NCBI RefSeq assembly: GCF_042649805.1
Contig: NZ_JBHRZW010000112.1
Length of the DNA: 8,168 nucleotides
Strand: one strand, 5' to 3'
Source: Neisseria musculi
GTDB taxonomy: Bacteria; Pseudomonadota; Gammaproteobacteria; Burkholderiales; Neisseriaceae
Each line of letters begins with the position of its first letter. Position 1 is the stretch's first letter. Of this stretch, positions 1 to 5,101 are shown one piece after another. The notes beneath the pieces are model-generated. The model saw nothing but the letters and a program-made list of their open reading frames with translations. It did not search any database and was not told the DNA's origin. The translations under genes were made by a program, and so were the position numbers.

Positions 1-1
1 A

Positions 2-70
2 GCCGTGGAAACCGCATTAGAAGAGATAGGCGACAACTTTATCGTCTTTGGTTTTATGACTGAAATGTAA
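2..70 (+). CDS. 3' end of a phage gene (C-terminal 22 aa ...AVETALEEIGDNFIVFGFMTEM). Its position matches the ssDNA-binding/gene V slot of Ff-type phages, but function cannot be called from this fragment.
   Basis: The frame is open from the window edge to TAA at 68-70. The next gene's Shine-Dalgarno overlaps its stop. Confidence 0.35.
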   Translation, partial: AVETALEEIGDNFIVFGFMTEM

Positions 71-78
71 GGTGTGCT

Positions 79-180
79 ATGAGTATGCAAAAAATGCCGT
101 TATCAATGAAGCTGAGTTTGGGCGGGCTGGTTTTCTGCCTTGCCGTCTTAATTTTTGCCGCTTGGTATCTCTACGGCTGA
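79..180 (+). CDS. 33-aa hydrophobic mini-protein (MSMQKMPLSMKLSLGGLVFCLAVLIFAAWYLYG), a candidate pVII/pIX-type minor coat or assembly protein
   Basis: ATG at 79 lies 4 nt after AAGGTG (69-74). It has a single TM-like core and sits directly upstream of the major coat gene, as gVII/gIX do in Ff. It is below the ORF-track size cutoff. Confidence 0.45.
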   Translation: MSMQKMPLSMKLSLGGLVFCLAVLIFAAWYLYG

Positions 181-271
181 TTCAATAACAAGTTTCAGGC
201 TCAGCGGGCGGTCTGATTATCTTCACACAGCCCGCATACTCACTTAATTTTCAACCTAAAAGGAAAAAAAC

Positions 272-514
272 ATGAAAGTTATCAACGTATCGAAAAAATA
301 TGGCAATCGCGCCTTAGCCGGTGCTGCTTTGATGACCGCTTCCGCTGCCGCTTTGGCCGATGGCACGGATATTTCGGGCATCGGTACCCAAGTGGCAACC
401 GAAATTGCCAAATTTGCCGTTATGGTTTCGGCAATCGGCGCTGCCGTTTTGTCGGTAATCGTTTTGATGCAGGGCTTCCGTATGGCTTTTAGCATGGTTA
501 AAACCGCCAAATAA
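272..514 (+). CDS. Inovirus major coat protein (pVIII-like) precursor
   Basis: AAGGA (259-263) precedes the ATG. The 80-aa product has a signal peptide ending AAALA, with predicted cleavage before D30. The 51-aa mature part has an acidic N-terminus (D,D,E), a hydrophobic core (FAVMVSAIGAAVLSVIVLM) and a basic C-terminus (R,K,K), the classic pVIII layout. Confidence 0.85.
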   Translation: MKVINVSKKYGNRALAGAALMTASAAALADGTDISGIGTQVATEIAKFAVMVSAIGAAVLSVIVLMQGFRMAFSMVKTAK

Positions 515-533
515 CGGCTGAAAGGCGGCAATT

Positions 534-848
534 GTGGCTTATCGTGTCGGAAACCAATGTTTGGAAACGTCTGAGCTTGCCCATGACTACGTTTTGTCGC
601 AATTGCCGCCTGCCGTTACGGCAGACGGCCAATTAATCAGGCCGGTCAAAACAGGCCAGTATTGGTATTTGGGGGATAACCAGATTCAGTTGAGCTTTCC
701 GGTTTGCGATATATCTTCGCAAATACAGTTTGGTGCTATGACGGCTGCTCCGTTGTTGGGTTTGGTTGTACTGATATTTGTATTCAGGGTGTTGAAAAAC
801 CTGATTGAACAATTGGACGCAGACAGGGGAAATGGGGAAGATGGTTGA
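534..848 (+). CDS. Hypothetical phage protein with a C-terminal TM segment and acidic tail (104 aa, GTG start)
   Basis: GTG at 534 lies 8 nt after AAAGG (521-525). The TM stretch is AAPLLGLVVLIFVFRVL. It occupies the slot between the coat and adsorption genes, as does a hypothetical ORF in the Nf/MDA phages (from memory). No motif was recognised. Confidence 0.6.
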   Translation: MAYRVGNQCLETSELAHDYVLSQLPPAVTADGQLIRPVKTGQYWYLGDNQIQLSFPVCDISSQIQFGAMTAAPLLGLVVLIFVFRVLKNLIEQLDADRGNGEDG

Positions 849-906
849 TTTTTGGTTTCTGTACGGCTTCGGGGCGGTGTGTCTTGTGATGCTGGTATTT
901 TTTTAG
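841..906 (+). CDS. Possible 21-aa hydrophobic peptide (MVDFWFLYGFGAVCLVMLVFF)
   Basis: Its ATG overlaps the stop of the 104-aa ORF (ATGGTTGA, 841-848), an arrangement consistent with translational coupling. AGGGGA (825-830) lies upstream. The product is entirely hydrophobic. It is very short, so it could be chance. Confidence 0.25.
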   Translation: MVDFWFLYGFGAVCLVMLVFF

Positions 907-971
907 ATATGAAAACGTGTTAAATTCCTGCTTTCGCAAAACTGTAACTATGGTTAGAAAGTGGGGTTTAA

Positions 972-1253
972 ATGTTTATTAGTGAATTTCATATTACTCA
1001 ATTTCAGCAAAGTTCGCATATTTATCGCAATTTGCCGATGGCGTTGATTATGTATAAGGAACTGGCTAGAAAAAATATGTTTGTTAAAGGTATAGATGTA
1101 GAAATGTTCAAAAATTTCTATCAACGTTTTGATAGCGATTTTTTGGAGATTTTGTTTCCTGATTCGTCTGTATTAATGATTAAATTTGATAAGTATGTTT
1201 GCCATGTCTATCATCCGCGTTCGATGTATTTTAAGGAGTTTTCTATTCCTTAA
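972..1253 (+). CDS. Orphan 93-aa cytoplasmic-type protein encoded in an AT-rich block (possible moron/accessory gene)
   Basis: A 282-nt open frame sits in DNA that I hand-counted at 27-30% G+C (lines 961-1020 and 1081-1140), where stop codons should be frequent. It has no signal peptide or TM segment, and only a weak SD-like GTGGGG at 961-966. Its 3' end overlaps the adsorption-gene start by ~58 nt. Confidence 0.4.
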   Translation: MFISEFHITQFQQSSHIYRNLPMALIMYKELARKNMFVKGIDVEMFKNFYQRFDSDFLEILFPDSSVLMIKFDKYVCHVYHPRSMYFKEFSIP

Positions 1254-2829
1254 TGTTCTTTTTTCCTCAAGTTTTGCCTTTGCTGCTGAGCCGGAGATAC
1301 TTGTTCAGGATTCTGGGGGCAGGGTTCGGATTCCTGTTTCCGGTTTTAATCAAAATGGAATCCGTAATTGGCAATATGTTACTGGTAAAGGGGATTTATT
1401 TTATAAAGAATATTCTTCGGCTCATGATATGTCTTTGAAAGTTCGCCATGCTTCATCAGGTATGGTTGCTTCCTCTTCCGTTTCCGCCCGTATAGTTTCC
1501 ACCGTTCCCCGCCAAACCGTCCTAAGAAACCTGCTGGGCAAAGCCATTGCAGGCGGCCGCCTTGCTGCCGGTGTAGGCAGCGGCCCGGTCGGCTGGGGAA
1601 TCACCGCAGCAACGGTTGCCAAAACCGCCTATGACTTGGTTGCCCCGACTTTGGAAGCAAACGATTACAGATGGGATGCCGAAAAGTCAAACTTCATAAC
1701 CGACAAAGAATATAAATATTGCCTGTTGGCACCGCCGCCGCCAACATCGAACGAATGGAAAGAAGTAGAGTGTGTCGGTTTGGGCAAGATTTCAAGACAG
1801 TTGGATTTAAAATCTTGGGAACATTTACGCCCGATCCGTGATGCAATCTGCCGTAAGCACTGGCAATCACTTTTACCTGAATACAAGCCCGAAGACGGTT
1901 ACCGTTTGGTTCCTACCCCAATGGGTAGGGGCTGTACCGCCGTTTCCGATACCGATTACGGCAGAAGCGCGGGTAACTGGCGGTGGTATGAAAACACCAC
2001 CCAAACGATCACCCAATCCGAATTTGACCGCATCATAGGCCCTTTGGCCGACAACAACCCCACCCCTTATGTCAATGCAACCGCCGATGAAAAAGGCAAT
2101 GTTCCCGGCGTACAGACCAGCCCCGATGTAACCGTACCCAACGGCACCATCGTAACCATCGGCCCCTATACCGATTCAGACGGCCAACCCAAGCAGATCA
2201 CGGTAACATTCAATACCGCCAACGGCCAAACAAACGTAACGGTAAGGATAACGCCGCGCGCCGATTTAACCCCGAAGAGCCCGACCGCCCCCTCGTCAAG
2301 CCCGGGCAGTTCGGGCAAGCCGGGCAACGCTCCAAGCTCCGGCAGTTCGCCCAACTCAGGCAATTCCAACAGCCCGGGCATCAGCCCGGGCGGCTCGCCG
2401 CAAACAGACGGCAACACCCGCACCGAAACCCTGCCCAAGAAAGATACCGATAAGAAAGACAATCCTAGTGGGGATAAAAAAGACAAGCCCGACCCAAAAT
2501 CAGACGAAAAACAGGATGAAAAACAAGATGGCGGCTTATTGTGCAATGTATTTCCCGATATTTTGGCGTGCGACAAACAGCCCGAAGCGGAAGAACCTGA
2601 TTTGCCGATACCCGAGGAAACGGTCAATCTTAATTTCACACCTGATAATACTTTTGCAGACAACGGTCAATGTCCCGAACCGGTAACTTTTGCAGCATTA
2701 GGCGGCACTTATTCAATCAGTTTGCAGCCTGCTTGTGATTTGGCCGCATTAATGCGTCCGTTCATTATTGCCATGGCTTGGTTGGTCGCTTCGTTCTTTG
2801 TGGTCCGTGTCGTAAGAGAAAACGCATAA
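1195..2829 (+). CDS. Adsorption/minor coat protein, pIII-like (TspB-like architecture)
   Basis: The signal peptide MFAMSIIRVRCILRSFLFLNVLFSSSFAFA precedes the mature start AEPE. The start is ambiguous among TTG 1186, ATG 1195 and ATG 1204, none with a good SD. After the N-terminal domain comes an ~89-aa Pro/Ser/Gly then Lys/Asp/Glu low-complexity linker (nt 2266-2532). The C-terminal domain has 4 Cys and ends in a TM anchor (FIIAMAWLVASFFVV) plus RVVRENA. Position (after the coat gene, before pVI/pI) and architecture match pIII and the meningococcal TspB protein. Confidence 0.8.
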   Translation: MFAMSIIRVRCILRSFLFLNVLFSSSFAFAAEPEILVQDSGGRVRIPVSGFNQNGIRNWQYVTGKGDLFYKEYSSAHDMSLKVRHASSGMVASSSVSARIVSTVPRQTVLRNLLGKAIAGGRLAAGVGSGPVGWGITAATVAKTAYDLVAPTLEANDYRWDAEKSNFITDKEYKYCLLAPPPPTSNEWKEVECVGLGKISRQLDLKSWEHLRPIRDAICRKHWQSLLPEYKPEDGYRLVPTPMGRGCTAVSDTDYGRSAGNWRWYENTTQTITQSEFDRIIGPLADNNPTPYVNATADEKGNVPGVQTSPDVTVPNGTIVTIGPYTDSDGQPKQITVTFNTANGQTNVTVRITPRADLTPKSPTAPSSSPGSSGKPGNAPSSGSSPNSGNSNSPGISPGGSPQTDGNTRTETLPKKDTDKKDNPSGDKKDKPDPKSDEKQDEKQDGGLLCNVFPDILACDKQPEAEEPDLPIPEETVNLNFTPDNTFADNGQCPEPVTFAALGGTYSISLQPACDLAALMRPFIIAMAWLVASFFVVRVVRENA

Positions 2830-2840
2830 GGGGATAAAAA

Positions 2841-3125
2841 ATGAAATTCTTGGCCGCATTGGCACCGTATTTAATTAATCATGTTGTCAGGTATATTTTT
2901 ACCGCTCTCGGCGTTTCAATCGTTACCTATGTCGGTTTTGATTTGCTCTTGGATAATCTTAAAAACCGCTTTATATCCGAAATGGGCGCGATTCCCGCCG
3001 GTGCAATCCAGTTGTTTTATATCGCCGGCGGCGGTGTGGTTTTGAATATTATGTTTGGCCTGCTCGCCTTTGTCGTAACGTTCAAAACACTATCCAAAAT
3101 CGGTTTCGGCAGAAAGGCATCATAA
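2841..3125 (+). CDS. pVI-like minor coat protein (DUF2523-type small membrane protein)
   Basis: AAGGGG (2829-2834) is followed 6 nt later by the ATG. The 94-aa product has hydrophobic segments (FTALGVSIVTYVGF; GGGVVLNIMFGLLAFVV). It sits between the adsorption and Zot genes, and its stop overlaps the zot ATG (ATAATG at 3122-3127). Confidence 0.7.
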   Translation: MKFLAALAPYLINHVVRYIFTALGVSIVTYVGFDLLLDNLKNRFISEMGAIPAGAIQLFYIAGGGVVLNIMFGLLAFVVTFKTLSKIGFGRKAS

Positions 3126-4264
3126 TGGCGGCGATTACATTAATAACGGGCAAACCCCGTATCGGCAAAACCGCTTTTGCCGTTGAGTTGCTGATGTTTG
3201 ATGATTTCTACAAAGGCAGAAAAATATTCTCCAACATCAACGGCCTTGAGATTGAGCATCACAAACCGCCTGAAGGCCACAGTTGGGAAGATATGCACGT
3301 ATGGTTGAAATGGAAAGAAAATATCGGCTCGGTCGTGATTTATGACGAAGTCCAGTATCTTTACCCTACGCGCTCCAACGGTTCCAAGATGCCTGAAAAC
3401 GTTGCCTTTCTCAACGTTCACGGCCATTACGGCATAGATATGATCCTGATTACCCAATCGCCCAAAATCATCGATATCAACCTGCGTGAAGTGGTAAACA
3501 AACATATCCATATCGCCGCAAACAAAATGGGCGGCTTAACCCGCTTGGAATGGAACGAAGTTGCAACCAACCCGACGGCGCAAAGCCGCAATGCTTTATC
3601 GTCCAGCCATAAAATCAGGCAGGAAGTATTCAACTACTATAAATCTGCCGAAGTACACACTAGACATAAACACATTAAAAGCCGATGGTATTACGTCATT
3701 ATTGCCATGTTGCTGATATTGCCCTGTATTCTGGGTTTGGTTGGTTTTATGGGTTATAAAATGTACAAAGGCTATCAGGAAAAGGCGGGCGGGGTGGTTG
3801 AGAATGTAACCGAAAAGGCCGCATCGGATGTCATAACGGGTAACTTAATTCCCCAAAACGCACTGCCTCAAGTCCAGCAGGGGCGCAGCTTATCGCCGGA
3901 TATGTTTGTTCCGACGTTGGCCGAAAAGCCCGAAAGCAAGCCCCTGTATGACGGAGTACGTCAGGTTAAAACCTATGAACGCATCGCGGCCTGTATTTCA
4001 GGCGGAAAAAGCGGCTGTACCTGTTATTCGGATCAGGCCACACAGTTAAAAGAGGTAACCGCTGAGATGTGCAAAGATTATGTAAAAAACGGCCTGCCGT
4101 TCAATCCCTACAAAGACACCGCAACCGTCCCATACACGTCGTCTGAAACCGCGCAAGGAGTCAGCCCCGCACCGGGCGGGGAAGTGCTGGTAATGGGCGG
4201 AAAAAGCCCGCCAAACCTGATGTATGACGGCTATGTCGAAGCAGGGGAACAGTTCAGGCCGTAA
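3125..4264 (+). CDS. zot: Zot/pI-family phage assembly ATPase
   Basis: Walker A is GKPRIGKT (aa 9-16) and Walker B-like is VVIYDE (aa 70-75). A central TM segment (YYVIIAMLLILPCILGLVGFMGY) is followed by a ~165-aa periplasmic tail with 4 Cys. This is the canonical topology and position of pI/Zot. Confidence 0.9.
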   Translation: MAAITLITGKPRIGKTAFAVELLMFDDFYKGRKIFSNINGLEIEHHKPPEGHSWEDMHVWLKWKENIGSVVIYDEVQYLYPTRSNGSKMPENVAFLNVHGHYGIDMILITQSPKIIDINLREVVNKHIHIAANKMGGLTRLEWNEVATNPTAQSRNALSSSHKIRQEVFNYYKSAEVHTRHKHIKSRWYYVIIAMLLILPCILGLVGFMGYKMYKGYQEKAGGVVENVTEKAASDVITGNLIPQNALPQVQQGRSLSPDMFVPTLAEKPESKPLYDGVRQVKTYERIAACISGGKSGCTCYSDQATQLKEVTAEMCKDYVKNGLPFNPYKDTATVPYTSSETAQGVSPAPGGEVLVMGGKSPPNLMYDGYVEAGEQFRP

Positions 4265-4272
4265 AACCGCAA

Positions 4273-4309
4273 AAAGGCCGTCTGAAAACAATTCAGACGG
4301 CCTTTATTT
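4273..4309. terminator. Rho-independent terminator formed by an inverted pair of DNA uptake sequences
   Basis: AAAGGCCGTCTGAA (4273-4286) pairs with TTCAGACGGCCTTT (4292-4305) over a 5-nt loop and is followed by ATTT. It lies 9 nt after the zot stop. An A-run on the left gives a T-run on the minus strand, so it may work in both directions. Confidence 0.8.
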
Positions 4310-4348
4310 GGCGGGTTATTGACTGAACAGCATAATCAACGCTAAGAT
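4308..4348 (+). promoter_or_regulatory. Two overlapping sigma70-like promoter candidates directed rightward into the non-coding region
   Basis: The candidates are TTGGCG-N17-CATAAT (4308-4336) and TTGACT-N18-TAAGAT (4319-4348). These are hexamer matches only, with no experimental support. Confidence 0.25.
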
Positions 4349-4408
4349 AACTCTAACGTCAATTTTGACTGTTAAAAGCAACTTTCCCATTCTCAAGGTT
4401 ATTTGCAT
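4316..4408 (-). CDS. Possible 30-aa peptide (MQITLRMGKLLLTVKIDVRVILALIMLFSQ)
   Basis: On the minus strand, AGGAG (complement of 4417-4421) lies 8 nt before the ATG (4408). TAA is at 4316-4318, and the ORF runs into the bidirectional DUS terminator. It is below the ORF-track cutoff and is short enough to be chance. Confidence 0.25.
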   Translation of the reverse strand: MQITLRMGKLLLTVKIDVRVILALIMLFSQ

Positions 4409-4447
4409 TTTAAAATCTCCTGCTGGATTAAAAATCGGCAGGAAAGT

Positions 4448-4477
4448 AAAATCCCCTAGTTCGCGCTTGGGGATTTT
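4448..4477. repeat. Inverted repeat AAAATCCCC-N12-GGGGATTTT, with a third ATCCCC at 4482-4487
   Basis: A perfect 9-bp stem is read directly from the sequence. Its form resembles the neisserial dRS3 repeat (ATTCCC-N8-GGGAAT), but the sequence and spacer differ. Confidence 0.5.
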
Positions 4478-4737
4478 TGCTATCCCCGCCTGCTTGGTTC
4501 AAATTGTCAATCATTCAAAATCAAATCATACCGTTTCCTTTCTGTTTCAGTTGTTTAAATCGCGTGGCCGTTTGCCGGGCTACAATAACCATTAACATCT
4601 TTCCCCTCTGCTTGCTTCTCTGCTCTGCCCCCGCGCCTCTGGGTGGTTTCGGTTCGGGCGGGGGGAAAATGTCTAGTGAAGCTGTTTTTTTTAAGCTCTC
4701 TGTGCGGAACGGCTGCGGTATGGGGGTGCGATTGCCC

Positions 4738-4827
4738 AAAAACTGCCCTGTGAATCCTGCAATGGGGAAGGTTTGTAAAGACGCAGTCTTTATGAATACC
4801 CCTTGCAGGATTCACAGGGCAGTTTTT
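4738..4827. repeat. 90-nt extended hairpin / long inverted repeat; function unknown (packaging signal, origin hairpin, strong bidirectional terminator or recombination site)
   Basis: AAAAACTGCCCTGTGAATCCTGCAA (4738-4762) is the perfect reverse complement of 4803-4827. After a 1-nt bulge (T4763), GGGG (4764-4767) pairs with CCCC (4799-4802). The apical stem is TAAAGAC (4776-4782) / GTCTTTA (4786-4792) with loop GCA. Confidence 0.9.
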
Positions 4828-4835
4828 AAATCGCG

Positions 4836-5095
4836 CAAAACCCCCATGCCGTAGCCGTGAAGCGTAACGGAGAGATTAAAAAACAGCGCAACGGGTCGTT
4901 TCGGTAACGTTTGGCAGATGGAACAAACCCGATTAAAATTTCCTTGCGGCACGGATTAGCTGCCCGCGCCGCAAAGCCCCCGACTTCGCAAGTACGGCCG
5001 ATGTTTAAAACATGTACCAAAGATTGAAGCGGGGGCTTACCGCATGAGCAAGTTTGAACACTATCTAAGGCGCAAAGCCTGTATTCATAAGGTAA
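4836..5095 (+). ncRNA. Candidate IS110-type bridge/guide RNA region (boundaries and transcription not established)
   Basis: This non-coding DNA lies immediately 5' of an IS110-family recombinase gene. Two adjacent stem-loops can be drawn: 4944-4950/4968-4974 (7 bp, 17-nt loop) and 4975-4982/5030-5037 (8 bp, two-sided internal loop plus distal hairpin 4992-5017). No convincing promoter was seen. Confidence 0.3.
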
Positions 5096-5101
5096 AACAC
5101 C

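Noticed and set aside
256-531. 91-aa minus-strand ORF covering the coat gene
   Set aside because: It is an exact antisense shadow of a strongly supported gene (signal peptide plus pVIII architecture). It has no SD and an Ala/Pro-rich, implausible sequence.
1253-1438. 61-aa plus-strand ORF, Phe/Leu-rich, downstream of AAGGAG (1233-1238)
   Set aside because: It lies entirely inside the adsorption gene in another frame. The hydrophobic look is what a T-rich frame gives by default. The SD-to-ATG spacing of 14 nt is too long. AAGGAG has no in-frame start for the main gene either.
1422-2663. Minus-strand ORFs 1422-1622, 1665-1886 and 2166-2663, and plus-strand 1838-2038 and 2468-2686
   Set aside because: All are nested in or antisense to the long adsorption gene. 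The 165-aa ORF mirrors the low-complexity linker. None has an SD or recognisable motifs.
972-2829. Programmed frameshift fusing the 93-aa ORF to the adsorption protein
   Set aside because: It would need a +1 shift within 1186-1253, and I see no convincing slippery site. The adsorption protein also has its own signal peptide starting inside the overlap, which argues for independent initiation.
3524-4264. Internal in-frame start in zot giving a pXI-like short product (as gene I/XI in Ff)
   Set aside because: The nearest Met before the TM segment (MGGLTRLEW...) has no visible SD. This cannot be supported from sequence alone.
3140-4291. Minus-strand ORFs 3140-3511, 3427-3633 and 4046-4291
   Set aside because: They are antisense to the Zot/pI gene, whose Walker motifs and topology fix the coding frame.
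4641-4665. GGTTCGGG, resembling a tRNA T-loop
   Set aside because: There are no matching T-stem, acceptor stem or anticodon arm, and A58 is not in place.
4554-4835. 11-nt direct repeat TTTAAATCGCG at 4554-4564 and 4825-4835, a possible target-site duplication of a 271-bp insert
   Set aside because: The sequences just inside the two copies are not inverted repeats of each other. A single 11-mer repeat is within chance expectation for an 8-kb window.
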